From the IMG/VR virus record IMGVR_UViG_3300045988_083782: a stretch of 64,000 bases of DNA; one strand, given 5' to 3'. Every line of letters starts with the position of its first letter. Position 1 is the stretch's first letter. Position numbers and translations under genes: made by a program. The DNA comes from a virus. The notes beneath the pieces were generated by a model. It saw nothing but the letters and a program-made list of their open reading frames with translations. It was not told the DNA's origin and did no database searches. Shown piece by piece: positions 12,624-28,000 of the stretch.

Positions 12624-14290
12624 TGAAAAAGAAAGGAAAGAAAGCGCGTGCATGTGCATTTGGTGCTAAGATTACACCAGATAGTATTTCAGATATGATA
12701 CAAGGCACAGCAGGCTTATTTGGTAGTTTATCTGGTAAATCTACAGCTACTACATCTGGACAGGCGGTAGAATAGTCCATTGGAAACATATTTAGTGGTG
12801 CAAGTTCAGGTATGCAAATTGGTCAAATGTTTGGACCACAAGGAGCGGCCATAGGAGCTGCCGCTGGAGCAGCTGTGGGTTTAATAGGTAAATCAGGTGG
12901 CATAACTGAAACAGGTGGATTTACTGAAGATAATTAGTATTCGCTTGGTACAGGTTTAATTGGCGCATTTGGTAATAAGCGACTGAAACGTAAGATTGAA
13001 CAAGATAAAGCTAAAGTACAAGCAAATAGAATCGCAGTATCTAATACTGCCAACTTGCAAGCAGATTGGTATAATGACAATAATTATGACACATACACAT
13101 TTGCAGATGGAGGTACGGCTGGCAGTTTGGCTTATGTTGATGATGGAGAGTTGATTCAAACTCCAGACGGTAATGTTAGCAAAGTACCCGAACAAGGTAA
13201 ACCTACTGACTCTAATTTGGTTAACTTGCCTTATGGTACTAAGATACTTAGTGATACTCTAAAAGTTCCCGGAACTAAGAAAACATTTGCACAAATGGGA
13301 GAAGAAATGATGTCGAAAAAGAAAAGTAAAGGTAAAGATAGATATGCTTAGAATGCTGCTAAATTGAATGCTATGAACAATGCTATGATTCATGATGAAT
13401 TATTCAATTAGCAAGAAGTATTAAAATAGAAAAAGGGAATTAAACCAAAGACTAAAGCTTTTGAGGACGGAGGTTTAAATCGTAGATATAACAGAAGTGT
13501 GAACGATACTATGCGAGACATCATTATTGGTTCTCAGCTTGGACAAGATAAAGTACTCACAGGTTTCTACGACAGCAAAGGTATGGGTAGAATGCCTAAT
13601 CTTACTGATAATATTGCATTGCCAGAAATAACAGTAACAGCACCTACTGGTAATACTGGTAAAGGAACTGGAAAAGGAAGGCGTTTTAGTTTTCCTAAAT
13701 TAGGAGACATTGGAGAATATGCCAGCTCAATAGCATCGCTTGCTCCAGTAATATCTAATCTTACTTCAGGTAGTGCAGAGCAAGTAAGAGATGTATAGAA
13801 TCCATATGCAGGAACTGTTGCTAGAATTATGCGTAATCGTAGATACGATATTACTCCAGCATTAAGAGAATTGTCTACTAGTAGAGCAATATCAGATTAT
13901 AATGCTGGTCAATCTAATACTAACACAGGAGCCAATATGGCTTATAGATTACAATCAGCTGTTGGACTAGACAAAGCGATTGCTAATCTGTATAGTCAAG
14001 CTAGTAATATGCAGAATCAATTTGATGCAGATTATGCTAGTACACTTAACAATCTTGGTCAGCAGTATGTTGGAGCTGTTAATCTTTCTAGCGATTTGGG
14101 TGCTAGAAACAGAGCGGCTGCTTATAATATAAGAAATGCAGGTTTAGGACAACTAAGCAAATGGGCACAAACTCAGCAACTTATGCGTAACCAGAAGAGG
14201 AGAGATAAGCAAATGCTTAATTTATATAAACCGTTCTTAGAATCTGGTTTTACTAATACTGATTTAACTAACTTCCTAAGATACGAATAA
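12623..14290 (+). CDS. Internal virion / ejected cargo protein, Gly-rich N-terminus (TAG-recoded)
   Basis: The ATG overlaps the preceding TAA. Track ORFs 13055, 13499 and 13829 are all frame 2. About 6 in-frame TAGs; TAA stop. Confidence 0.7.
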
Positions 14291-14291
14291 T

Positions 14292-16022
14292 ATGGCAGTA
14301 AATAGATATAGCTAGCCAGCATAGGCAGATTTTATCAATACATATGTACCCATTAACTTTGGAGAGTTATATAGAATTGGTACTACTCAAAAAGCAGCTG
14401 TAGATCAAGCAGCTGCTAATTTGCAAAACAACATACAGAAATGGAGTGAATTTCAATCTCCTTCGGCTGTAGATACTAAAAGATATTATGATCTTACTAT
14501 TGGTTCAATGAAGGATTATATTACAGAACTTGCCAGTAATCCTGATTTATTGAAAACACAAGAAGGTAGATCTAGACTGTAGTCAATGATTAATAATGTA
14601 GACTATAATGCTTTAAGCAATCTTAAGCAAAGCAGAGACGCAATGTTGTAGAGACAGAAAGTAGATCAGCAACTTATGTTATCTGACAAGTATAATCCTT
14701 TGTGGCATAAAGTAGATTACACAGGTTATAATACACAAGCTGCTGGTATATTTAATGACGTGTCACCGTTAGCATATAAGTCTGAGGTAGACATTGTGAA
14801 ACCGTTTGTTGATAACCTTAAACCTGGATTCATACGTAATCAAGGAGGATGGGAATACAAAGGTGTATCTGAAGCTAGAACTAGAGAAGAAGTAGATAAG
14901 AATATATCTAGTATACTTAACACTCCTCAAGCACAGAAACACATTGAAGTGTTACAACAGCAAGGTCTTAGTCCCGAAGAAGCTACAAATCAATTTGTCA
15001 ATAGTATATACAGAGCTGCTAAGGAATTTGCTTATGAAGATAGAGAAAGAGATCCTTGGTTCCTTAAAAGCATGGAATTGGCAGCCAGAAGAGCAGCTAA
15101 AGAACAAACTCCTACCATGCTCAACAATCTTACTACTATGATTCATAATGATAGTAGAAAGAAATTACTTGAGAACTTTAGTGGGCTTAATCAACAGACT
15201 ATACAAGGTATGCTTAGGGGTCAAGAACTTACTCCTGAACAGAGGGATACACTTATGTATAATATGTCTCCAGATGTAATTCAAAACAAATTAAAATCTG
15301 GTTTCTTAGAAGTAGCTAAGAATAAAAAGAACTTAAACGCTGGAGCTAAATGGGTATTAGATGTAGTATCTGCACCATTAAGCCCAAGTGCCAATAACAT
15401 ATATGCTAAAGATGGTTCTACTGAAAAATTAAGCGACAATACATACTTAGCAAATGATTCACGTAATTTCATACTCGCTGATAATTTAGCTTACGCTATG
15501 ATGGGTACTAGTAGAAATGCTGTACTTGGTAGAGATGCTGCTAAGAATCCGTTATTACGTAAAAGTATTATCGCTAGAGACAAGTTCAATAAGCTATGGG
15601 AATCTGGAGATAGATTTAACGGCTTTATTGTAAAAGGGGAAGGAAGAACTATTACAGATGGAGGTAGAGTATATCATGTAAAGAATGTATTTATACCTGC
15701 TGATCAGCTAAGTGATTTTACTACTGAAGACAAAGGTTTAATTGGTAAACTAGTTAGACAAGGTGATATTGGTGATTCAGAAACATTGTCAACAGTAAGT
15801 GAATTAGATGATGAAGGAAATGTAATAGACAGAAAGACAAAAAGAACACGTACTAAGAGCGATAATGCTAGTCTCTATTTAAAAGTACAGGTAGTTACTC
15901 CTATCGCAGATGAAGGTGAGAGAGCTATCGAAGCAGATAATATCTATACTAAAAAGACGAGAGGTTTGAGTTCTAAACAGACAGATATTCAGGCCGAAAT
16001 CTCGGAATATGAAAGACTTTAA
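14292..16022 (+). CDS. Virion protein (TAG-recoded)
   Basis: ATG 14292 and track ORF 14676-16022 are both frame 0. There are 4 in-frame TAGs in the first 385 nt. TAA stop. Confidence 0.7.
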
Positions 16023-19000
16023 TATGAAAGCATTCGGTAATGGTCATACAGCTCGTGACTTTTCTAGCGTTGGTGTACAATCGTTCAACACAATGAACTA
16101 TGGTTATGCACCTCAAGAATATGAAAGAGCTAAAACATATAATGAAATAGCAGAGGATGTATCTGAGGAAATTGCAGATATAGACTATGATAAGTTAGCA
16201 GAGTAGAAGGATACATCGGAAGATGCGTCCTCTTCTACTTTTGGTACATTGCTTGCATTCACCAATCCTGTAGTAGCAACTGGTATACAGCTTGCAAGAA
16301 CTGCTAAAGATGCAATTCAGAATGGTGAAACTAGACAGTTATACAATAGTTTAGTAGAAAAGAAACTGCAAACTAATGTTACTAATCTGCAAGGTGATAT
16401 TGTTAAAAATGAAGGTAAAACCATACCTGAGATTGAGTTTGTAAAGCAATACGAAGAACAGTTAGATCTATTTAATAAAACTACTGATCAGGCAAGTAAA
16501 CAAGATCTGTCAACATACTTAGCAGAAAATGAAGAAAGATATAGACAGACTATCTTAAGAAATCCAGAACTACGTAGCATATACTTTGATTTAGGCGATG
16601 CTAATACCAGTGTGGATAGAAGTAATATGTCTGTATGGGATAACATTAAGTATACAGCTAATCAGATATTTGCATCTGGTAAAGAAGACGCTTTAACTGG
16701 AGCTATTGATTCTGGATTAGTAGATTACAATAATATACAGAATCTGAAGTATACAGCTAAAGCAGCTGATAAAGATAGAACTCGCGTTCTTAATGATCTT
16801 GATTTACTTTTACCTCCTAAATTTGCTTCACTAGAAACTAAATAGTAGGAGTTAGAGAATATACAAAGTAAACTCAGACAAGGTACTTGGTACTTTAATC
16901 CTGATGTACTTACTCCAGAGTTTAGAAAGAAGGTAGATGAAAACTAGTTGAATTTCTCAGACCCTTCTTCTATTAAGTACGCGTTACCACAAATTGGTTC
17001 ATCTCTATCTGAGATAGGTGCTATGGCTGGATCTTTTGCTACCTCTCTAGCTGCAAGTAAAGCCGCTAAAGCATTACCCGGATACGGTAAGCTTATTGGT
17101 GTAGCAGAAGCTGGTATTAATACTTGGTTAACATGGTATCAAAGACAAGCTGAGACTAATAGCGAAGTGTTTGATTCTTACTCTTCTAGAGTAATTAATG
17201 CTATTAATGAAAAGAATGTAGACTTTGATAAGATAATTACAGAAGGTAAATAGGAATTAAGCAAGTTAGGTCTTAATACTGATAAATCAGAGTATGATAT
17301 ACTTAACGATATGTTGGTATATAATGTGGCTACAAGTTCTCCTGTATTTGAATAGATTAAGAGAGACTCTTATAATGGTTTAAGACAAGTAGAACAGAGC
17401 AACATGGCATTAGGAGCTTTGGATTTACTTGAAGCATCTGTATTCTCTTATGGCGGTAAAGCCGCTATGAACTCTATACTCAAAGGTACTAAGCTTGCTA
17501 CAGCTGGTTCTAAATTATCTAAAGCAGCAGAAGCTGGTAAAAAGTTTGTAGATAGTAATATCAATAAGGCATTACTCAAGATAACAAGAAGTCCAGGTGC
17601 AGCTAATGAAACTAAACACTTGTTAGGTAGTTTAGGCTCTATGGCGGCTAAAGCTGGCTTCATTGCTGCATTTGAAAGTACTGAAGAAGGTGTACAGAAA
17701 CTTTTGCAGAGTGAATATCAGAAAGGTTTATATGATAAGTACAGAGGAGAAGATACCACAATTTTAGAATCTATTGGTCGTAATGCTAGATTAAGTGTAG
17801 AATCTAATTTGGCATTAGCTGGTTTACATCCTGATGATGCTTTAAATAATGATAACGAACTTATACAGTCAATGAAAGTTGGTTCTCTTATTGGTATTAT
17901 TATGGGTTCTTCTTTATCTGTAGCTAGTGGTTCTTATAATGCATACCAACAGTTGATGGCAGATAATCAAGTAAGACAAATGTCTGCACATGACTTTGCT
18001 AATAGAGAGAATGATGCTAAAGTAGACCAATTTTATAATGCGGCTAAGCGTAAGAAATTTGAATACTTACAGAAATCACTTGAAGATATTAGAGATAACT
18101 TCTTACCAGAGGGCGTAACAACAGAAGATATTAATTCTGATATAGCAGATGCTAGAAAGATTAATATGTTATATCACAACCCTGCATTAGATAATAACTT
18201 TACCGATTTAGGAGTAACTAGAGGAACAGAGAAGCATCGTAACATACTTAAGAATGCTCTTAAGGCTATGAATGTTGAAGAAACATACAGAGCAGATACT
18301 AGAGTAGCAGCAGAAGATTTGAATACTGCCTTAAACAATGCTGACGATGATTCTTATGATGCTACTATCAGAACATTCTATGACCAAGCTATTGCACAAG
18401 ATCCTGAATATGGAGTAGATTATGAATCTTATAAATCTGTATTCAAACAAATAAATCAAATACAGGCAGCAATCAAGTCTCTTACTAAACTTAATAATCA
18501 ATTAAAGAATAGAGAAAACTTCTTAAAGACTATTAAGGATAAGGAAGGATTAGACGTAAATCTTGAAAATATAGCTTCTATTCAAGAATCAGTTAAACAA
18601 GATTTAAAAGAGCATAAAAGTAATTTAAAAGATGTATCTGATATAATTGGAGTAGATCCTAAAGATCTATCAATTGAGTTCAATAATTCTGAAGAAGTTC
18701 AAAATGCTTTTGCGCAAAGTGCTGTAATTAAAGGACTGTACAAAAGAGCTTTAAATCGTAGAATGGCTTATCAAAATGGCTTTGTATTAGACTTTAACTA
18801 CAAATCTGATGTCAATGCTCCTACTTGGAATACACTTAGTGAAGAGCAGAAACAAGAGTAGATCGATAAGGCTAATAAGCAAGCTGAAGAAGCTAACGAA
18901 TCTGCACCTAGCTTGAATAAAATTATTTCTAGATATAATGCAAATATCAAGAAACAATTTGACATAGACGGTAAGAAAGCTACTGCATCTAGACAAGCTG

Positions 19001-22000
19001 CTAACGCTATTATACTTAAAGATTTAGAAAGATTTGAAAAGAATTAGCAATCATACGAAGAATTAGCAGAAGAGCCTAGTATAGAAGAAACTCCAGAAGT
19101 AGACTTTGTTCCAGAAGTAAGTCCTGAAAAGGATGATATTGCTATCAGAAGAACAACTGATAAGTATGAAGATATTTATGGAGAAGAAGTAACTACAGAA
19201 CCTGAAAAGAAGACTATAGTCAAAGAAGAAGTAACCGAAGAAGATATTCCAGAGGATGTTGATACTGAAGATGGAGACTATATTGAGAGCAAACCTGTAA
19301 AATCTACAGAACCTACTCCAGAAGAAGTAGATAAATCTTCACAACTAGAAGAACAAGAGGAAGCAGTTGAGGAAACAGATGAAGCTCCTGAACCCGAACC
19401 AGAACCTGAAGATGAGCCTGTTACAAAACAAGATGTTGTAACAAAGAAAATCGATAGAACTAAACCTCTTAGTCCGTCTTTGTTTAGAGAAGAACCTGAA
19501 GATGTAGATCTTAGAGGAATAGAACAAGGAGTAGAGGAAAAGGAATTCAAAGAAGGTACTGTAAAAGATAAAGTACAGGAAGGCGTTGAAGAAAAAGAGT
19601 TTAAAGAAGGAAGTGTGGTAAAGAAAACTAAAGTAGAACAACCTGCTACTCAAGCTCCTGAATAGACTCCAGATCCAGTTCCTGCTCCAGAAGCAAGAAC
19701 GGGTACATCTATTCCTGATAATAGCAGATACGGGATAGATGAACAAGGTAATGTATTATTAGATGGTAAACCTGTAGATCCAGCTAAGATAGAATTCGCT
19801 GACGCTGAACTACAATTCTTAGATCAAGATGGAAGTAAACTGGATGCTTTAACAGAGTCTGCTAAGAAAGATCCTACTTCTGTAAAAGGAGTAAGCACTT
19901 CACAAACACTAGTAGCTGCTGGTAAAGTTGGTAAAACTTTATTTTACTTACCAGATGCCGTTAAACCATTAGATCTACCATTCAAATTACCACACGAAGG
20001 CAAGTTAAACACTGGAGAAGAACTTGCACACGCACTAGTAGATCCTACTTTCTTAGACAGAGTAAAGGAAGAAGGATAGGCTTATTTTGCTATTGGTAAA
20101 TATGGAAAGAACAATACATTTAATCCTAACGATGCTACTACTTTTGATAGTGCTGATATATACCTTATTATAAAGTTAGGAGATAATGTATACGCTACCG
20201 CTTTACGTAAACCTAAAGATGCAGAAACATTCTATTTAAGACGCGGAGAAAAGAATGTAGACGATGTAAACAGACTTAAAGACTTCCGTAATAAGATCAT
20301 TTCTGCATACTTTCAAGGAAGAACTGATATACCTACTACTGCTCTTACACATGTTGTTCCTACTTCTATGAATAGGACTAATGGAGTATTCAATACATAG
20401 AAAGATGCAGACGGTAATCCTGTATACAGAAAGCTTAATGAAGTAAAAACTTTTGCTATACCAGAAGATCCTTACGCTTTACTTGATGAAGTAACATTTG
20501 GTTATGGTACTGGTATAATGTCAGAGTTGAATCCTATGGCTATCAACTCTTTAGATAAGACTGTCGCACTAGCAGATAGAGGTGGATATTCTGGTAGTAT
20601 CTACATCTTTCCTAAAGTAGAAAATACTCCGTCTAGACGTTATAGTGCACCTATAATGCTTAGTGAAAAGTTCTTTAGAAATCCCAATGTGACATCTCCT
20701 GAAGAAGTTCAGCTGTATGATAAACAGAAAGGTATAAAGAAGAGTTTTCCTGAGTATATATATGACTTACTTGTTGGTAATGTTGAGGATAGATACGGTA
20801 TACTTAACATTATTGTAAACAATGGCGATCATACCAGCGTATCTAACAAGTTAGCTAAGAAAGCAAATTTCTTAGTAGCTAAACAATTGTTCTTCGATCC
20901 TGAAACTAATACACTCAGACTTGGTGTAAAGAATGAAAATACTGGTAGATATGAATCTGTAGTATTAAAAGTAGACTAGATAGAAAGATCTAAGTAGCTT
21001 AAAAGAGAAGTAATATACAACATCATGTAGAACTATCACTGGAATACTGATGTTGATGCTATGATAGCTCCTGTTAGTGAACAGCTAAGAGATCTGATGA
21101 TACAATCTCAGAAAGATAAACTAGTATTATTCCCGGGAGAATTAGAGTTTACTAAAGAAGACTTAGGTATTAAGAAAGTAGGATCAAAACTTGTTAAAGA
21201 TAGAGAAGAAGCTCCTTCATTACTTAATTGGATGATTAGAAGTGGTAAGCTTATGACTGATGTAGGTGAATAGGCTTTCAATGCTCCTTTCTTATATGTT
21301 AATGATATTCAAGTTGATGAAACTAAATTACCTAAACAAGAAGTAAAAGAAAAAGAGGAAGTTAAGCAGCCTGGCCAGACAGCTAAACCCTCTCAAAGTA
21401 GAGCGGCTAAATTCTATAATCAATTAGGAAAAGCTGATAGTAACAGTCCTAAAGTAAATAGACTACTTACTAAAGAAGAAGCTCAAGCTTTGAATATGCG
21501 TACTCCTAAAGGTATGACTCTTTACTATGATGCTAATGGTAAATTAGGTCTTATGGCTACTCCTCAAGGTGTATATTCAGATTCTACTAATGAATAGACT
21601 GGAGCATTTGTAAATACTGAAGAAGCTCGTAAATGGTTAATTAATAAATTAGGTTTAAAACCAGAGCAAGTATTTATTACAGAAGCTGCTATGCGTATGG
21701 GTAATAACCCAGAAGTATATGGTGTTACTAGAGTAGCTGCTGATACTCTACTTGGACAAATTATTCTGTCTAAGAAAGGTAGAGAAGGCATTGAGTATCA
21801 CGAAGCATGGCACTATGTAAACTTATTAGTACATTCTAATACTGAAAGAGAGATACTGTATAGAGAATACTTGAAGCAATATCCAGAATATTCTAATGCT
21901 ACTAAAGCTGAACTAGAAGAGTATTTGGCAGAAGACTTTAGAACATGGATGCTTACTGAGACTAAACCTAGATATATTATCTTAAAAGCATTTAGAAGAA

Positions 22001-25000
22001 TTAAGGACTTCATAAATAAACTGTTTAATAGAAACGATTCCCTACTTAGTAGTGTATATAAGAGAATCAAGAATGGTCAGTACGCAAAAACTCCATTGAA
22101 TGAAGAGTCTATTAAAGAGTTTAAAGATGCTTACTATAAAGGTGTATACTTTAGTATTCCTGGTATAACTAAAGAACAGCAAGAGAAGATTAAGAGCATT
22201 ACTGATCCAGGTACATACTATGATGTAGTAGACTCTCTTACTAATGCCGCTATTAGTTTGTTTGGTATTAGAACTCAAGAAGACATCGATGGACTTAGTG
22301 ATAAGTTCAAACTGTTACTTCAGATACTTGAAACTAGTGTTGAAAGTGGAGCAATACCTGAAGGTAATGAAAACATTGCTAGAGAAGTAGTAGCAAACTA
22401 TGACTTGTTTCACTCAGCTGTAATTGACAATCTTAGAGAGCTTTCTATTAAAGAGATAGAAACTAAAGACGACGAGACTAAAGCTAGTGTAGATACTGGT
22501 GAAGTAAATCCTAAAGAGATATTTGATAGAGTTGCATACGAATTCTCTAAAAAAAGTAATACATCATTTAATGCTAAGTTATTCTTCTATTCTATTCCCA
22601 AAGAAGAATATGTCTATAATGTAGATGAAAATGGTAACGAAGTAAGAGAATTGCAGCCTGTAAAAGATAGTATATTCGGTATGGGAACTACTGTACCGTT
22701 TGATGTTGTTTGGAATAAAATAATGGATAATCTGTGGAGTGTAGAAACTTGGGAAGATATTATAGGTATGTCTCAAGAACTTGCTAAAACAGATCCTTTC
22801 TTCCAATCTCTGTATAACAGTCTTACAGGTGATAATACTCCTGACGAAAATACTCAAACTCAGTTACTTGTTACTATCAAGAGTGCGAAGAATCAACTTA
22901 CTACTATTCAGTTTGAAGAAGCTTTTGAGAAATCTAAATAGAGTAGAGAGTATGATGAAGCTGGAGATATAAAAGAAACAGTAAAAGCTAAAGCCGGTAA
23001 TTGGACTATATTATCTTCAGAGAATCTTAGACTTATTCGCAAATACCCGAGACAATGGAGCACATTATTCTATGTGTCTGGTATGGTAAACAAAGAAGAT
23101 CCTAATGATGTACATGTTGATGAAGCAAGATATAAGAGAATAATCAAAGATTATACCAATATCAAAAAAGAGCTTCATGCAATGGCTCAAGACTTCATAG
23201 GTAAGAAGCGTAGACCGCATACTCAAGATGAAGTAAGAAATCTCGTACTACAATCAAAACAGCAATTAGTAGATATACTTAATACTATAGGTATACCAGT
23301 TGATGTAAATACTATAGATTACTTGTTATACAATGTAGATTCTGTTAATGAAAATCTACCTACTATTTCACAGTTTGATAAATTATTTAGTATGTTATCT
23401 AGTTCAGTTCCGGGTAACTTTACAGATAGTGTATTTGGTAACATTGGTTATTTAGCTGGAGGAAAAGGCAGAAGACAGAATAAGAATGTAAACTATGATA
23501 ATGTATTCGTTGGTGGTGAAAAGTCTATGATATCTCAGTTAGCTGTAGCATATGGTAGAACACATCCAAATCCTGCTGAATTTAGTGTAACTGGTCCTAA
23601 TAACACCACAATGTATCCTATTAGTGAAAATAACTACATTGCTGACCAGATTAGATGGGCAAACAACGATCCTAATGTTGTATAGGAGATGTTAAAATCT
23701 TCTTATAATAAGAGCTCTATTCTTATGAATGGAGTAGCAAACGGGGCTCACCTTAAACTACATACATTTATTGCATTAAAGAGTAAAGATACTAATGAAA
23801 GTAGAGACTATTTTGGAATATCTCCTATTGAGGATTATATTAGTAAAATGGTATTTACTCACAATAACTACATTACTTTACCTACTATGGCTGATAAGAA
23901 GACATGGTATGCAATTAGTGGAGTAAACTTATTCCACGATTTAGTTAGTAAAACTAAAGCAGTAGATGTATTTACAGAAGATGGTTTACAGACTGAATAT
24001 CAACAATTAAGTGATTACAGATTATCTGATAGCACTATTGAGGCTTTCTATAATTACTTAGTAAGTGAATTTAATGCTATTAATGACTATTTTGCAAATA
24101 AACACATTGTTGAATAGAACCCTAATCTTTATATTAAAAACTATCACGGTAAGATAAAGAAAGGAAAGATGGATGCATCTGGTAATGGAGGAAGATTTAG
24201 ATATTTCTCTTCACTTAAGATGCGTACTGAAGATGGTACTTATAAGTATTTCCCACTAAATCAATGGTTATATCAGGCAGAATTAGCTGAATACAATGGA
24301 GTAGAAGGACAAGTTCAAAGAAGACTAGAACAAATAAGCAATAGATTATTTGATGAATCAAATAGATAGGATATTTATGATTCTATCAATGCTACGCTTA
24401 TGGATCTGATTAAGAATGAAGTTAGGTAGCTGAATAATTTAGGTATTATCAAAGTAACTAAAGAAGGTAGCTTAGTCAACAAACTTATACCTGAAAACAT
24501 TATAGAAGAGTATTTTAGTAATACTGCTAAATTGCCTAAAGAACATTCTTCTAGAAGAAATAGATAGGATGCAATATTCTCAGTAATAGCTAACCATACT
24601 CTAAACACCATTATATCTGTCAATGAAGTAGAGAGAATGTTTGTTGGAGATCCAGCATACTACAAATGGCAGAGAAACAAAAAAGATAATTCAGTAATTA
24701 CTGAAAGAGCAGTAGACAAGATTAAACGTCTTAGTTCTGTATTATCTACAGGTTCTAATCTTCGTACTTATTGGGGAGAAGGTGATCCTAGAAATAATTC
24801 TAAATTCACTGTAATGAATCTGTCAGATAATAATGTAGTATCTAGTAGTTATGACGGTTTGTACAGATTGTTTAAAGCTGCTGAAATAAGAAGAGTGCTC
24901 AAGAAAAGAAATCCCAATCTAACTGACGAACAGTTACTTAAAATGACTAGAGATAAGCAGTTAGAAAAGACCTTTAGTACATTTGATAAAGATACTAGAA

Positions 25001-28000
25001 ATAAGATAGATGCCAGTGTATCCAGACAAGCTGGAGCATACGGTATGGATGATAGAGGTAATGGTAATATTAATCAAGCTGATGCTGCTGTATATATCAG
25101 ACCTGCTCTATATAAGAGAATTATTCAAGCTGTAGGAGAATGGTCACCAAAAGTTGAAAAGGCTTTTGACTTAATGGAATCTGATACAAATTGGTTATCT
25201 GATCCAGAGTTATATAGTCAAGCACTAGAAACTCTTATCAAACCTTTGAAGATGGTATACTTTGGTAATCATACTAACCCTCTTCTCAACCTTACAATTC
25301 CTGTATTTGATAAGATGGCAATCTTCCCAATGTTTAAAGTATTAGCAAATGCTGATAACCGTATTATTTATGATAGAATGAATAATGCAGAACTTGGAGA
25401 GATTGATATGATTGCATTTGAATCAGCAATTAAAGTAGGATCTAGAGTATTAGTAGACGCCTATAGTGATGCTCAAAACTCTAAATTCAATGCTGAAAAC
25501 TTCAACAAACCTTCTACATCTACTATCAAAGGATCAGATATAAGAGAGTAGTTAGATAGCAATAACTCTATGCTTCCTACTTATATACAAGATTTAAAGA
25601 ATCTGAGATTACAGATGAATACAGATCCTCACGAACATACTGATAGATCATTTGGTACTCAGGTATCTAAGATCGCTTTATCAAACATTGTTAAAGATCG
25701 TGTGTATGGTTATAATAAGGGTAGAAAGATAACAGGAGAACAGATCATCAACAATGTAATGGGTAGCATTACAGCTTTATCTGATAAAGGAGCAAGCTCT
25801 TTAAAAAGAGAATTCTTCAATAAAGATAAAGAATTAGACAAAAAACAATTATCTAGATTCTTAAAAGAACAAGGTAAACAAAGTGGATTGTCTACTGATG
25901 CTATCATGTCTATGTCATATGATCCTACTACAGGAGAAATGATAGCTCCTTTGTCTTCATTAAGTACTCGTAAGTTCATTGAAAGTAGAATTGTATCTCA
26001 AGTAGGTAAAAAAGCTGTAGATATTAACACTCCGGGTGGATCTGCTATTCAGATGGCATTCTTTGGATTTAAGAAGACAAGTACTTTATCACAAGAAGAT
26101 GTAAGTAGAGCGTATAATGATGGTAAGCCTCTGAAATTCTTGAAAGATAATGGTAGTATGGAATGTATGCTTAGTATAAACTTCTTTAGACACGTAGTAC
26201 CAGAAGAATATCAAACAGATTATACTACTATGCGAGAATGGTTGTTGTCTAAAAATATAATTGGAGACAAAGCTGATCCATTTGCAATTGGTTATCGTAT
26301 TCCGACACAGGGTCTTTCATCTACTGCATCATTAGTAGTTGCAGATGTATTACCCGCAGTAATGGGTGATACTATTGTAGTTCCTGATGAATTTACTGCA
26401 ATGACTGGTTCTGACTTTGATATTGATAAATTGTACATCGCATCATACTGGTATGATAAAGATGGCAATAAGATTGAGTTCGATGAAACTAAGGATACGT
26501 CTATGCACGATATCTATCATGCTAATAATGAAAAAGCATTAGTAAATAGACTGTTAGACATGTATAACCTAGTTATATCTGATGATAGTAATATTGATGA
26601 AACTAGAGCTCCTCTTGATAACCTTACTAACATTCTGAAGAAAGATATTCTTCCTATAGTACAGGCTGCATCAAATGCCGAAGCTGCTCCTTTCTATGAA
26701 GCATTACCATCATATCAGTTATCAAAGAAGTTTGAATATACTGGTGGTAAAATGGGTATTGCTCCGTTTGCTTTGCATTCTACTAACCATGCTATGACAC
26801 AAGCAATGGGTCTAAAGATGGATTTCGGAGCATATGGAAGTATGTTCAATCTTGAACAGATTGATTCTATCACTAGTCAAGACGGTTATCGTATTATGGA
26901 CTGGTTATCTGCAATGGTTAATGCTCATGTAGACGTTGCAAAAGACCCGTACATTATGACATTGAATGTTAATGATGTTACTTATAATATGACTAACTTC
27001 TTACTTAGAACTGGTAAGGGTACTACTACCTTCTATTTCTTACCTCAAGAGATACTTAAGGACTATGTAAATGAAATGCTCAAAGCAAACGGTGTATATG
27101 GTGTAGATCCTAATACTTCTATAGCTAACAGAAAAAAGGATATTATAAATAAATTATATAATACCTATGTATCTTTAGCTCAGAAGAGTATAGAAGAAGT
27201 GGAAGATCCTGATTTGAGAGATCAGTATTCTGATATGTTAAATAACTGGAAAGCATTCCATGCTGGCAAGAAGATCAATAAAGAAGATACTCCAAAACTT
27301 GCAAATGCATTAGATCAATCTATTCTAAAAGAGAATCTAATCAAGAACAATAAAGGTGAAAAAGACTTTATGTATTACTATAATCAGTTATTGGTATTTA
27401 GAACATTTAACGCTCTTACTCCAATGTCTGATACACTTAACACATTAGTTCAGAGATCTCAGATTGATACTAAGAAGTATGGTAATACTTTAGCTCTAGA
27501 AAGTAATTTCTACAATCAGGTACAAGACTTTATAACTGGAGAACAGGATTCATTCTTTATGACAGATGCAAATGGTAAGACATTAGAAGTAAATGCTTTA
27601 CTTCAGTATTATAATAATACATTCTTATCTACTAAATTAGAGCATGCTGTATTTATACCCAGATAGATTCTTAAAACACAACTTATTACTGCTACTTATC
27701 AATATAAGAATATAAACAATTATGTGTTAGGTAGTGTAGTAGGTAAAACTTATACTCAAGATCCTATTACTGGAGATGAAATAGTAAGAAGTAAATCTAC
27801 AGGTAATAAAGACTTAGTTACACAAGTAGCAGATGCTACAGAGACATACATTAGAACTCATAACCAGCAAGAGAAAATGTTTAATCTTACTGATGAATAG
27901 ATCAATAGTATGTTGTTTGGAGATAAGAGTATGTGTAAGAGATTATTTAATCTTAAACACAACATAATGAATAATCCAGCAAGCTATCCTGAATTAGTAG